A DNA stretch of 64,000 nt, from positions 31,513 to 95,512 of the forward strand of contig CAZGOI010000002.1 of assembly GCA_964527185.1 (NCBI GenBank). The letters are read 5' to 3'. Shown in pieces: positions 32,594 through 42,571 of the stretch. This stretch comes from an uncultured Candidatus Saccharibacteria bacterium. GTDB lineage: Bacteria > Patescibacteriota > Minisyncoccia > Phycocordibacterales > UBA9973. A program made the translations under genes and the position numbers. Positions within the stretch are counted from its first letter, which is position 1. Every line of letters begins with the position of its first letter. Under the pieces are notes generated by a model. It was not told the DNA's origin and searched no databases. It saw only the letters and a program-made list of their open reading frames with translations.

Positions 32594-34741
32594 ATGTCCA
32601 AGGTATTTACATTAAAAGGGGAATATAAGCCTGCAGGCGATCAGCCCAAGGCCATTTTGCAGTTGATGGAAGGTCTAAAAAGGGGCATGCAAAAGCAAAC
32701 ACTCCTCGGAGCGACAGGTACCGGTAAGACTTTTACGATAGCCAATGTTATAGAAAAGTGGAACAAGCCGACGCTCGTCATTGCCCACAACAAAACCCTC
32801 GCCGCCCAACTGGCACAAGAATTCCGCGAATTTTTTCCCGACGCAGCAGTCCACTATTTCGTTTCTTATTACGATTACTATCAGCCCGAGGCCTATATGC
32901 CGACAACAGATACATATATAGAAAAAGACGCCCAGATAAACAAAGAAATCGACAGGCTTCGCCACGCTTCAACCCAAGCACTTTTGACGAGGCAAGATGT
33001 CATAATCGTTGCTTCAGTTTCCTGCATCTATGGCTTGGGTAGCCCCGAAGAATATGAGAGGGTGAATTTGCGGCTTGCGGTTGGCACGGGTATCGACCGC
33101 ATAACCTTGATGAAGAGGCTTGTCGAGATTCATTTCGACCGAACAAATGCTGATATCGAGCCGGGGACATTTCGGTCTATCGGTCAAAAGGTCGAGATAA
33201 TGCCGACATCAGAAACTTTCGTCTACCAAATAGAATTTGACGGGGCTAAAATTTCAAAAATTACAAAGATCGACCCAATATCTTCGCAGATTATTAAAAA
33301 TGAAAAGCAAATTTTTCTTTTTCCGGCCAAACATTTTATTACCGATAAAGATCAAGTTTCTCGAGCTGTCAAAGATATTAAAAGAGAACTTGCCGAGCAA
33401 TTAAAAAAATTTGAAAAAGAAGGCAAGTTACTCGAAGCCGAGCGATTAAAACGACGCACAAATTATGATCTGGCAATGATTAGCGAAGTCGGTTATTGCA
33501 ACGGTATCGAAAACTATTCCCGACACCTCTCAGGCAAAATGGAAGGCGAGGCCCCAGACACACTGCTGTCATATTTCCCTAAAGGCCAATTTCTAACTAT
33601 CATCGACGAATCCCATGTAACCCTTCCACAACTTGGTGGTATGTACGCCGGCGATTCATCGCGCAAAAAAACTCTTGTCGAGTTCGGCTTCAGGCTGCCA
33701 TCGGCTCGCGACAACCGCCCACTTAAATATGATGAATTTCAAGAGCGTGTTAATGAAGTAGTCTATGTATCGGCGACCCCAGGCGAGACAGAGAAAAAAG
33801 AAAGCAACCAAATCGTAGAGCAGATCATCCGCCCGACGGGACTGATAGATCCTGAGGTTATTGTCAGACCCGTTAGTGCTGGCACAACTCCAGTTGCGGA
33901 AAAAAATTTTTCGAGGTCCTCGGGGGAAGCCACCAGACCATCAAAAAATTCTTTTCCACAACCTACTTACCCTGGTCAGGTGCAGGACTTCATAAGCGAA
34001 GCCGAGAAAACTATCAAAAAAGGCCACCGAGTACTTGCCACAACACTAACCAAACAAATGGCCGAAGATCTATCGCTTTATTTAAAAGATAAGGGCATCA
34101 AAGCCGGCTATCTGCACAGTGAGATCAAAACGATCGAGCGCATTCAAATTCTAACTTCATTCCGAAAAGGGGAAGTAGATATTCTAGTCGGGGTCAACCT
34201 TCTTCGCGAGGGGTTGGATCTGCCGGAAGTGGCGCTCATTGGGATTCTCGACGCCGACAAAGAAGGTTTTTTGCGATCCGAGACATCGCTTGTCCAGACC
34301 ATTGGTCGGGCGGCCCGCAACGTCGAAGGGCGGGTCATTCTTTATGCAGATGTCGAAACGGGCTCGCTCAAAAGCGCCATAAACGAAACAAATCGCCGCC
34401 GCAAAATTCAAGTGGCCTATAACAAAGAGCATAAAATTACGCCAAAAACAATTTCTAAAAAAATTAAAGATATTACCGAAGAGCTCGAAAGCAAACATGA
34501 AAAGACCGTCAACGCCGAACTCGGCGTTGACATAGAGCTTTTCAAAAAGACAATTAAAAAAGAAAAAAATAAAGGTGAAAATTCTAAACTATCCGACCAA
34601 GAATGGAATAACCTCGTCTATGAAAAAATCATAAAAATAAAAGAAAAAGAAATGAATCGTGTCGTCAAAGAACTCGATTTTGAAACGGCGGCCATCTTGC
34701 GCGATGAAATCATAGCCCTAAGAGAAAAAATGCAAAAATAA
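32594..34741 (+). CDS. uvrB: Excinuclease ABC subunit B with in-frame insertion
   Basis: GATGTGKT, YFVSYYDYYQPEAY, DESH, VGVNLLREGLD, QTIGRAARN, FETAAILRD. Confidence 0.97.
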   Translation: MSKVFTLKGEYKPAGDQPKAILQLMEGLKRGMQKQTLLGATGTGKTFTIANVIEKWNKPTLVIAHNKTLAAQLAQEFREFFPDAAVHYFVSYYDYYQPEAYMPTTDTYIEKDAQINKEIDRLRHASTQALLTRQDVIIVASVSCIYGLGSPEEYERVNLRLAVGTGIDRITLMKRLVEIHFDRTNADIEPGTFRSIGQKVEIMPTSETFVYQIEFDGAKISKITKIDPISSQIIKNEKQIFLFPAKHFITDKDQVSRAVKDIKRELAEQLKKFEKEGKLLEAERLKRRTNYDLAMISEVGYCNGIENYSRHLSGKMEGEAPDTLLSYFPKGQFLTIIDESHVTLPQLGGMYAGDSSRKKTLVEFGFRLPSARDNRPLKYDEFQERVNEVVYVSATPGETEKKESNQIVEQIIRPTGLIDPEVIVRPVSAGTTPVAEKNFSRSSGEATRPSKNSFPQPTYPGQVQDFISEAEKTIKKGHRVLATTLTKQMAEDLSLYLKDKGIKAGYLHSEIKTIERIQILTSFRKGEVDILVGVNLLREGLDLPEVALIGILDADKEGFLRSETSLVQTIGRAARNVEGRVILYADVETGSLKSAINETNRRRKIQVAYNKEHKITPKTISKKIKDITEELESKHEKTVNAELGVDIELFKKTIKKEKNKGENSKLSDQEWNNLVYEKIIKIKEKEMNRVVKELDFETAAILRDEIIALREKMQK
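33893..33962 (+). repeat. Intragenic palindromic element (uvrB copy)
   Basis: GTTGCGGAAAAAAATTTTTCGAGGTC-CTCGGGGGAAGCCACCA-GACCATCAAAAAATTCTTTTCCACAAC. Confidence 0.85.
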
Positions 34742-34743
34742 AA

Positions 34744-34768
34744 AAGGCCGGAGTAGAAACCCCGGCCG
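34744..34768. repeat. Hairpin direct repeat, copy 1 (minus-strand terminator-like)
   Basis: AAGGCCGGAGTAGAAACCCCGGCCG, preceded by A-tract. Confidence 0.75.
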
Positions 34769-34816
34769 GTACTGGTGTTTTTTTCAAAATTCCCAGTTAT
34801 GGCTAATTTAAAAACC

Positions 34817-35317
34817 TTAACCAATCTTTACTTTTCCGAAAATAACCCTCTCGGCCTCTTTGATACAGCGTGCCATCTTGATCACATCCTTATTTGATTT
34901 ATATTTCTCATAATCTTCTTTGAGTCTTTTTATATAGCTCTTCGTTTTTTTATTTCCCATCATAAATATTTTTTCTTTCTGCAATAACTCGTCTGTGTCA
35001 ATTGTATTTAGCAGAAAAATATTTTCCTTCTGGCAGAAAGAAGAAATACTTTCGAAGAAATGTTTTCTATCTTTTTCAAAGATAAGGAAATGGTTACTTG
35101 CCATATTAAGATTAAAGTTAATTGAACCGTCGCAATCGGAACAATCAATTTCACTTGAAAATGTTAAGAATTTACTAAGCCTTTTCATTAAATCCATAGG
35201 CTCAACGGAAATAAATATATTAAGAATATTCTCACCAGAAATTTTTTTAGAACATACATATATATTTTCCATAGCAATGTTTTTTCTTATTAAACACCCT
35301 TTACAAATCAAAGTCAA
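34817..35317 (-). CDS. Hypothetical protein (likely start MENIY, ~35272)
   Basis: AT-rich ORF between the two hairpin repeats. Confidence 0.55.
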   Translation of the reverse strand: MTLICKGCLIRKNIAMENIYVCSKKISGENILNIFISVEPMDLMKRLSKFLTFSSEIDCSDCDGSINFNLNMASNHFLIFEKDRKHFFESISSFCQKENIFLLNTIDTDELLQKEKIFMMGNKKTKSYIKRLKEDYEKYKSNKDVIKMARCIKEAERVIFGKVKIG

Positions 35318-35327
35318 ATAAAAAAAT

Positions 35328-35352
35328 AAGGCCAGGGTAGAAACCCCGGCCG
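35328..35352. repeat. Hairpin direct repeat, copy 2
   Basis: AAGGCCAGGGTAGAAACCCCGGCCG, 23/25 identical to copy 1. Confidence 0.75.
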
Positions 35353-35491
35353 ATTAAACCTTATCCTATGAAAATTGTGTAAATTTTAGCTTATATAATT
35401 TTTTTGTCAAACTATAGACACTTGTGATAGACTGGTGGAAGTTGAATATAGATACACCCCCAGATAAACACTTGGCGGGTGATGTAGCCGT

Positions 35492-38065
35492 ATGAAAAAA
35501 CACCAAGAAGAAAAAATAATAATTAAAGGAGCTAGAACCCACAATCTAAAGAACATAAATCTCGAAATACCCCGAAATAAAATGGTGGTCATTACCGGCA
35601 TGTCTGGTTCGGGCAAATCTTCTCTTGCTTTTGATACTATTTTTGCCGAAGGCCAGCGTCGCTATGTCGAAAGTCTCTCTGCCTATGCCCGACAATTTCT
35701 AAACCAAATGCCCAAGCCCGATGTCGATGAAATCTCTGGCCTTTCACCAGCAATTTCGATCGACCAAAAATCCCGTTCTAACAATCCTCGTTCGACGGTG
35801 GCAACCATTACCGAGATATACGACTACCTGCGTGTGCTCTATGCCCGCATCGGTCGGCCGCATTGCCCAGTCTGCGGCGATGAGATAAAAAAATTATCAA
35901 ACGAAGAGATAATGAATTTTGCTTTAGAAAAAATAAAAGGGATTCAGAAATCAAATCGCAAAGTTCTCGGTGTCGAGTGGAATGAAACTCCAATCGAGAT
36001 TTTTTCTCCAGTCGTCCGCGGCCGAAAAGGCGAATACTATCAGCTCCTCTATGACCTGCTCGGCAAGGGTTTCGAAAAAGTGCGACTAGATGGCCAGATA
36101 AAAACTCTGCGCGAACGAGTTGAAATTTCAAAAAATAAAAAACACGATATAGAAGTGCTCGTCGATTCATTTGCGCTGCATGAATTTAAAGATAACCCAG
36201 ACGACGCCCGATTGTGCCTGTCTGAATCTATCGAGCGAGCATTGGTTGAATCTGATGGCTTGGTCGTAATAAAAATCGGCAAAGATGAATTCTTGTTGTC
36301 GTCAAAATTTGCTTGTCCGAAAGACGGTTTTTCTTTCCCCGAAGTCGAGCCACGGCTTTTTTCCTTCAATTCGCCATACGGTGCGTGCCCAAACTGCAAC
36401 GGTCTCGGAACAAAATATTTCGGCAGTACTGAACCATGCGAAATCTGTAACGGCGCTAGGTTGCGGACAGAGGCTCTGCACGTTTTCTTGGGCAAGAAAA
36501 TAAACATTGTTGGTATCACCAAGCTATCGATCGAAGAAGTCGCCGATTTTTTCATCGAACTCAAGCTGACAGAGCAGGAAAAAGAAATTTCAAAAGTTGT
36601 GATTAAAGAAATCGAAGCGCGCGTAGAATTCTTGCTGAACGTCGGTCTTGAATATTTGTCGCTCGATCGAAAAGCTAACACACTCTCGGGTGGCGAGGCC
36701 CAGCGCATCCGATTGGCTTCGCAACTTGGCTCTCGATTGGTCGGTGCCCTATATGTGCTTGACGAGCCGACCATCGGCTTGCACCAGCGCGACAACGAGC
36801 GATTAATAAAAACACTCGAGAATTTGCGCGACCTCGGCAATACTATTATAGTTGTCGAACACGATGAAGATACGATTTTCGCCTCAAACTTTATAGTCGA
36901 TATCGGACCGAAAGCTGGGGTCCACGGAGGCAAAGTAATTGTCTCTGACTACTTGGAATCTCTGCTTTATGCAAAAACCAATCCATCTAAATCTCGAACG
37001 CTTGCCTACCTGCGCGGCGATATAAAAATCGAAGTTCCTAAAAAAAGGCGCACAAGCGACAAGGGCACGCTCAAAATTGTCGGCGGCAAAGTTTTTAATA
37101 TCAAGAACATGAATGCCGAAATTCCGCTTGGCAAAATGGTATCGATCACTGGCGTCTCTGGTTCGGGCAAAAGCTCTTTTATGTATGAGATTCTCTACAA
37201 AAACCTGCAAGCCAAATACGAATATAAACACAGGAGCGCTAAAATATACAACTGCGCTTCATTTACTGGCACCGAATATCTTTCGCGAGCAATATTGATA
37301 GACCAATCGCCGATCGGCCGCACACCGCGCTCAAATATTGCGACCTACACCGGCGCCTTCACCCACATCCGGGATCTTTTTGCCGCAAGTGAAGAGGCTC
37401 GGCTTCGCGGATGGAAGTCAAACAGATTTTCTTTTAACGTAAAAGGCGGGCGCTGCGAAGCCTGTGAAGGCAATGGCGAGATCGCTGTCGAGATGCATTT
37501 TTTGCCGACCGTTTATGTGACTTGCGATGTTTGCCTCGGTAAGCGTTTCGACAAAGAAACACTGACGGTCAAGTATAAGGGAAAAAATATTTATGAAATC
37601 TTACAGATGTCGGTCGAAGAAGCGGTGAAATTTTTCGAAGATATTCCGGCCGTTTACGACAGATTGAAAACTCTGATGGATGTCGGTCTCGGTTATATTA
37701 CTCTCGGTCAATCGGCTACGACGCTCTCGGGTGGCGAGGCCCAGCGGGTGAAAATGTCTTCAGAACTCTATCGCCCGAATTTAGAGAAGACCATCTACTT
37801 GCTCGACGAGCCAACCGTTGGGCTTCACTATGACGACGTCGCTAAGCTGCTCGAAGTTCTAAACAAGCTCGTCGATAAAGGCAATACAGTTGTTCTCATC
37901 GAACACAATATGGATATTATAAAAAGCTCTGACTATATTATCGATATCGGACCAGAAGGCGGAATCGGTGGTGGAAAAATTGTCGCCAAGGGTACGCCCG
38001 AGCAAGTGGCCAACACGGCAGGAAGCTATACTGGTAGATATTTAAAGAAGGTCATAAAAAAATAA
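35492..38065 (+). CDS. uvrA: Excinuclease ABC subunit A (short, 857 aa)
   Basis: [14 protein letters not shown], two [16 protein letters not shown], Zn fingers. Confidence 0.97.
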   Translation: MKKHQEEKIIIKGARTHNLKNINLEIPRNKMVVITGMSGSGKSSLAFDTIFAEGQRRYVESLSAYARQFLNQMPKPDVDEISGLSPAISIDQKSRSNNPRSTVATITEIYDYLRVLYARIGRPHCPVCGDEIKKLSNEEIMNFALEKIKGIQKSNRKVLGVEWNETPIEIFSPVVRGRKGEYYQLLYDLLGKGFEKVRLDGQIKTLRERVEISKNKKHDIEVLVDSFALHEFKDNPDDARLCLSESIERALVESDGLVVIKIGKDEFLLSSKFACPKDGFSFPEVEPRLFSFNSPYGACPNCNGLGTKYFGSTEPCEICNGARLRTEALHVFLGKKINIVGITKLSIEEVADFFIELKLTEQEKEISKVVIKEIEARVEFLLNVGLEYLSLDRKANTLSGGEAQRIRLASQLGSRLVGALYVLDEPTIGLHQRDNERLIKTLENLRDLGNTIIVVEHDEDTIFASNFIVDIGPKAGVHGGKVIVSDYLESLLYAKTNPSKSRTLAYLRGDIKIEVPKKRRTSDKGTLKIVGGKVFNIKNMNAEIPLGKMVSITGVSGSGKSSFMYEILYKNLQAKYEYKHRSAKIYNCASFTGTEYLSRAILIDQSPIGRTPRSNIATYTGAFTHIRDLFAASEEARLRGWKSNRFSFNVKGGRCEACEGNGEIAVEMHFLPTVYVTCDVCLGKRFDKETLTVKYKGKNIYEILQMSVEEAVKFFEDIPAVYDRLKTLMDVGLGYITLGQSATTLSGGEAQRVKMSSELYRPNLEKTIYLLDEPTVGLHYDDVAKLLEVLNKLVDKGNTVVLIEHNMDIIKSSDYIIDIGPEGGIGGGKIVAKGTPEQVANTAGSYTGRYLKKVIKK

Positions 38066-38103
38066 AGCAAATAAGTTTCCTTACCTACTTTATAAATACT
38101 TCT

Positions 38104-38319
38104 TTATTTTTTAAGAATAAGTTCCATGTGCATGGTGAAAAAGATAAAAAATAAAATCCAGAAATACATAAATAATGCATTAGCTTTCTTCATAAACTCA
38201 ATCTTTTTTGAAAGAAGTATTGATGACCCACAGATTACAACAAAGGCAAGACTAGTATAATAACCAAAAGATATAATTTCTTGCCAGCCATTAATGCTTG
38301 CTAAAATTTGTTTAAACAT
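38104..38319 (-). CDS. Small two-TM hypothetical protein
   Basis: 71-aa hydrophobic ORF filling the uvrA-uvrC gap. Confidence 0.5.
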   Translation of the reverse strand: MFKQILASINGWQEIISFGYYTSLAFVVICGSSILLSKKIEFMKKANALFMYFWILFFIFFTMHMELILKK

Positions 38320-38365
38320 ATTAAATAATTTTGAGTTATTTTAATCTTTATACTATATTAGATCT

Positions 38366-39736
38366 ATGAAAAGTCAACAGTTGAAAAAATTTAAATTGCC
38401 CGACAAGCCAGGTGTATATTTTTTTATGAAAGGCAAGGAGATTCTCTATATAGGCAAAGCAACCTCGCTCCGGTCAAGAGTCCGGAGTTATTTTGGCAAG
38501 GACCTCATCGCCACTCGTGGGCCGCTCATACTCGACATGAAGGTTCAATCTACAAATATAAAATGGCAAGCAACCGACAGCGTCCTCGAAGCGCTCATCC
38601 TCGAAGCAAGTCTGATCAAGAAGCACCAGCCGAGATACAACACTAAAGAAAAAGATAATAAAAGTTTCAACTATGTTTGTATTACAAAAGAAAAATTGCC
38701 GCAAGTGCTCGTCGTTCGTGGTCGAAACATCGCCTCAAAAATTTCAGACAGAAAATATCAAGCTGTCTACGGTCCCTTCACCAATGGCTCGCAATTGCGT
38801 GAAGCGATGAAGATTATTCGCCGAATTTTCCCATATATTGATTCGCAATCTGCCAAACGTGATAATTTTGAATTCTACCGTCAGTTAGGACTTGTACCAG
38901 AAATAACTACTAAGGGACGAAAGAATTATGAAAATCTGAGTTGCGTCGGAGCCCCCGTAGAGAGGGTAAAGCGCGAAGATTTTTATAATTCTGTAGCTAT
39001 TAAATCCTACAAGAAAAATATTGAAAATCTAAAACTTTTTTTTGAAGGTAAAAAGAAAAGGATAATTTCAAATTTTAAAAAAGAAATGTTTGCTTATGCA
39101 AAAAATAGGGAATTTGAAAAGGCAAACGAAATCAAAAAAAGAATTTTTGCCCTCGAGCACATAAACGACGTCGCCTTGATAAAAGAGGAAAATATGCCAC
39201 ACGCATATTCTTATAAAAAGGTCCTCGGATCTCCCGTCCGCTTAAACGCTGGCGGGCCAGACCATTTTTCTAAGAACATGCGTGTTTTATCCAGAATCGA
39301 GGCTTACGATGTCGCCCACATGTCCGGCAAAAATATGGTTGGTGTTATGACGGTCGTCCAAAATGGTGAAATCGAAAAGAAAGAATATAAAAAGTTTATA
39401 ATCCGCACGCAGTCGGGCAGCAACGATACCGGCGCCCTCGAAGAAATTTTGTCTCGCCGGTTGCGTCACGATGAGTGGGGAATGCCGAGCCTAATTGTCG
39501 TTGATGGCAGCACCGCCCAATTAAATGTCGCCAAGCGTGTACTATCGCGATACCAATTAGAAATCCCAATAGTTGCCGTCGTCAAAGACAACAAGCACAA
39601 AGCCAAGGCCATACTGGGCGATGAAAAAATCATAAAATCACACAAAAGATCGATCCTCCTTGGCAATAGCGAGGCCCACAGGTTTGCTATTGCCTTTCAC
39701 AAGAAAAAGCGCTCAAAAAATTTTTTAAAAAAATGA
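38366..39736 (+). CDS. uvrC: Excinuclease ABC subunit C (no C-terminal HhH; two in-frame insertions)
   Basis: GIY-YIG PGVY..YIGKA..LRSRVRSYF, UVR FEKA, RIEAYDVAH, VVDG, EAHRFA. Confidence 0.92.
   Translation: MKSQQLKKFKLPDKPGVYFFMKGKEILYIGKATSLRSRVRSYFGKDLIATRGPLILDMKVQSTNIKWQATDSVLEALILEASLIKKHQPRYNTKEKDNKSFNYVCITKEKLPQVLVVRGRNIASKISDRKYQAVYGPFTNGSQLREAMKIIRRIFPYIDSQSAKRDNFEFYRQLGLVPEITTKGRKNYENLSCVGAPVERVKREDFYNSVAIKSYKKNIENLKLFFEGKKKRIISNFKKEMFAYAKNREFEKANEIKKRIFALEHINDVALIKEENMPHAYSYKKVLGSPVRLNAGGPDHFSKNMRVLSRIEAYDVAHMSGKNMVGVMTVVQNGEIEKKEYKKFIIRTQSGSNDTGALEEILSRRLRHDEWGMPSLIVVDGSTAQLNVAKRVLSRYQLEIPIVAVVKDNKHKAKAILGDEKIIKSHKRSILLGNSEAHRFAIAFHKKKRSKNFLKK
38922..38992 (+). repeat. Intragenic palindromic insertion (uvrC, first)
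   Basis: AGAATTATGAAAATCT...AGATTTTTATAATTCT 16-bp stem (one G-U). Confidence 0.8.
39199..39285 (+). repeat. Intragenic palindromic element (uvrC, second)
   Basis: ACACGCATATTCTTATAAAAAGGTC-CTCGGATCT-CCCGTC...GGCGGG-CCA-GACCATTTTTCTAAGAACATGCGTGT. Confidence 0.88.
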
Positions 39737-39748
39737 TATAATATTTTC

Positions 39749-40759
39749 ATGATTCGCGTTGGAGTTATTCGCGGCGGGCCGAGCAAGGAATATGAAGTGT
39801 CGCTCTCTTCGGGCGCCAACGTTCTTTCGCATTTGCGAAGTGATGAACTAAATAAAAAATACAAGCCAATCGATATCTTGATAGACAAAAATGGCGCTTG
39901 GCATGTCGGTGGCAAGCCGGCCAATATGGCCCACATATCAAATTCTGTCGACGTTATTTTCAATGCACTACATGGGGATTTCGGCGAAGACGGCAAAGTT
40001 CAACAGATGCTCGAGCAATGGAAAATACCATACACTGGTTCGAGCCCATTTGCTTCGGCCCTCGGCTACAACAAAGCTCTGGCTAAAGAGGAATTTAAAC
40101 GCCTCGGTATCAAAACTCCCAATTCTCTCATCCTGCTTGCCGAAGAAAATCTAAGGGGCAAAGAGCCGAGAGACCTAGCTCGCCAGAGATCTAGGTATAT
40201 TTGGGGAAAAATTTCACCGCCGTGGGTAGTCAAACCGCTTGCCAGCGGTTCATCGGTCGGGGTGAAAATTTGCAAAACATTTCCAGAACTCGAAGAAGCC
40301 ATGCTTGCCTGTGTCAATGACAGTGCAGATATCCTTGTCGAAGAAATGATCGAAGGTAGGGAAGCGACCGTCGGCGTGGTGCAAAACTTTCGCCAGCAAA
40401 AAATTTATTCTCTGCCACCGATTGAAATTAAAATACCAAAACATAAAAAATTTTTCGACTACGATGCAAAGTATAGTGGTATCTCGGAAGAAATTTGCCC
40501 TGGCAATTTTTCTTCAAGTGAAAAAGTCGAACTCGTTCGGCTAGCAACGCTTATTCACGAAGGTCTAAACCTCGACCACTATTCGCGCAGTGATTTTATC
40601 GTCAACCCAAGAAAGGGAATATACGCACTCGAAGTAAATACCCTACCAGGGCTGACCGATGCCTCTCTTGTTCCCAAGGCTCTAAATGCCGTCGGCGCTA
40701 CGATGCCTGAATTTATATCACACCTCATAAATCTCGCCATGGCAAGGTATAAAACATAG
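39749..40759 (+). CDS. ddl: D-alanine--D-alanine ligase
   Basis: GGPSKEYEVSLSSG, LHGDFGEDG, GSSVG, FDYDAKY, LEVNTLPGLT. Confidence 0.95.
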   Translation: MIRVGVIRGGPSKEYEVSLSSGANVLSHLRSDELNKKYKPIDILIDKNGAWHVGGKPANMAHISNSVDVIFNALHGDFGEDGKVQQMLEQWKIPYTGSSPFASALGYNKALAKEEFKRLGIKTPNSLILLAEENLRGKEPRDLARQRSRYIWGKISPPWVVKPLASGSSVGVKICKTFPELEEAMLACVNDSADILVEEMIEGREATVGVVQNFRQQKIYSLPPIEIKIPKHKKFFDYDAKYSGISEEICPGNFSSSEKVELVRLATLIHEGLNLDHYSRSDFIVNPRKGIYALEVNTLPGLTDASLVPKALNAVGATMPEFISHLINLAMARYKT

Positions 40760-40843
40760 TGTCACAGTAAATAATGGCAAACGTTATAGTATGTGGAATG
40801 CTACTATCGATAGCATTTTTTATTAGATTAATTAAAATTTATA

Positions 40844-41941
40844 ATGAAAAAAATTATTGTATCATCAATCGCGGTTCTTGGCTTAGTACTAGGCTCACTT
40901 GGCTTGGCACAGGTCACTAACGCATCGGTTGCAACAATCAGTGCAGGCTCAAACCAAACAATCACATTGCCTACAAGCTCTGTAACTTTGTCTGGTTCGG
41001 CTACAGCTTCACTTGGTAGTTCGATCGCAAGTTATAGCTGGTCGCTTACTTCAGAACCTAGTGGGGTAACACCAGTTATAGTTACATCGACAGCGGCTTC
41101 GACCGTCGTCAATGGTCTAACTGTTCCTGGTAATTATGTTTTCACGTTAATAGCATCAGACAATACGACCCCTGTAGCTCTTACAAGTTCTTCATCAGTT
41201 ACTGTCACTGTAAACGCTGCTCCAGTTGTAATGGTTTCTGCTGGTAGTAATCAGACAATCACACTTCCTACAAGTTCTGTGAATCTATCTGGTTCTGCTA
41301 CAGCGACAAGTCCAAACGCAATCGCAAGTTACGCCTGGACACAAGTTTCTGGTCCAATCAACGCGACAATTACCACACCTAGTTCTGCTTCAACATCGGT
41401 TACAGGTATGACGACTGCTGGTACTTATGTCTTTAGTCTAATGGCTACTGACAATGCAAGTCCATCTCACAGTGGTTCTGCAAATATTAGTGTTTATGTA
41501 AATTCAGTAGTTACACCTCCATTGCCTCCTGTTCGTCTTATTAAGTCTAAGCTTACTATTGCTCAAAACGGCATGGTAAACCTACAAGGCCCTATCCAGT
41601 CGATAAGTGGCAATGTACTAACCGTAAAGGTTTGGGGTATCACATTTACTGTTAACACTAATGGTGCAAACTTTGCTGGTAATATCACAGACTTGTCTAT
41701 GTTTAAAGTTGGGGACTATGCCCAAGTCATGGGCCAGATGGATGATTCAGCAAGTACACCAACAATAAATGCACGTTATGTTCGCGATGTTAGTGTCCAG
41801 ACTTCACGAGAAAAAAGATATCGTAAGTATGAGTGGAGTAATGACATAAATGGTTTTCACGGTGAAGATCAAAATGGTCAAGGTGAAAACGATCATGGTA
41901 ACGGTAACGGTAACGGTTTTGGTAACAATCACGACAATTAA
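40844..41941 (+). CDS. Secreted protein with two PKD/Ig-like repeats and a C-terminal OB-like (DUF5666-like) domain
   Basis: Signal peptide; repeated SAGSNQTITLPTSSVxLSGSA...Y.W...G.YVF.L.A.DN; FKVGDYAQVMG. Confidence 0.75.
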   Translation: MKKIIVSSIAVLGLVLGSLGLAQVTNASVATISAGSNQTITLPTSSVTLSGSATASLGSSIASYSWSLTSEPSGVTPVIVTSTAASTVVNGLTVPGNYVFTLIASDNTTPVALTSSSSVTVTVNAAPVVMVSAGSNQTITLPTSSVNLSGSATATSPNAIASYAWTQVSGPINATITTPSSASTSVTGMTTAGTYVFSLMATDNASPSHSGSANISVYVNSVVTPPLPPVRLIKSKLTIAQNGMVNLQGPIQSISGNVLTVKVWGITFTVNTNGANFAGNITDLSMFKVGDYAQVMGQMDDSASTPTINARYVRDVSVQTSREKRYRKYEWSNDINGFHGEDQNGQGENDHGNGNGNGFGNNHDN

Positions 41942-41957
41942 TTATCAGTTCTCTATT

Positions 41958-41995
41958 ATCAAAAAACCCCTTGGCTCAGCCTTGGGGTTTTTTGA
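41958..41995. terminator. Intrinsic terminator
   Basis: ATCAAAAAACCCC...GGGGTTTTTTGAT. Confidence 0.7.
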
Positions 41996-42040
41996 TTTGA
42001 CATTTTTTCTAATAGTATTAATATCTGGTTAAACCAAAAA

Positions 42041-42469
42041 ATGTTTTTTATGAAAATAATGAAAATAATGAGTTGCATTCTCGGGGCAATAGGCCTGACC
42101 TTTTTCATAAGCTGTATATTTTCAGTCTGTGCCCATTTTAAAGAAAGCCAGTCCCTAAAATCGCCCATCGTCATCTTTGACAACAATGACCTGCCCGGCC
42201 AGTTGAACGATATCATCAGCCAAGCTGCAGACAGTCTCTATGAAAAAAGCATAGAGCCCGATACTTTATTTGTTGTTTATGGCAAAGCCTATAACGCCGA
42301 AGAATCTAAAGACCCAATAAATGGGATAAATATGATTTCTTCGCACGGTGACGCTTTGAGGGACACTTTATTTATCGAGCCAGAAGCAGCCCCGGTTGGG
42401 TTAGTTAAACCCACCTATGATACAAAAGGATTGATAGCAAAAAAAATTAAAGAACTGATCGATGGGTAA
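42041..42469 (+). CDS. Hypothetical protein with N-terminal TM/signal
   Basis: 142-aa ORF with downstream hairpin. Confidence 0.55.
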   Translation: MFFMKIMKIMSCILGAIGLTFFISCIFSVCAHFKESQSLKSPIVIFDNNDLPGQLNDIISQAADSLYEKSIEPDTLFVVYGKAYNAEESKDPINGINMISSHGDALRDTLFIEPEAAPVGLVKPTYDTKGLIAKKIKELIDG

Positions 42470-42571
42470 TTTATCCCAAGGACGGTTAGTAGCTACAACC
42501 CACCCCCCGAGTTTTCTCGGGGGGATTTTTTTATTTGTTTATTTATAAATTTCGTGGTATAATTTAGTCGC

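Noticed and set aside
38936-38980. CTGAG...GAAG as a hammerhead ribozyme or SECIS
   Set aside because: Lacks the CUGANGA/GAAA core with a three-way junction, and the TGA is not in frame.
40173-40196. ACCTAG-CTC-GCCA-GAG-AT-CTAGGT hairpin in ddl
   Set aside because: The stem is too short to distinguish from background.
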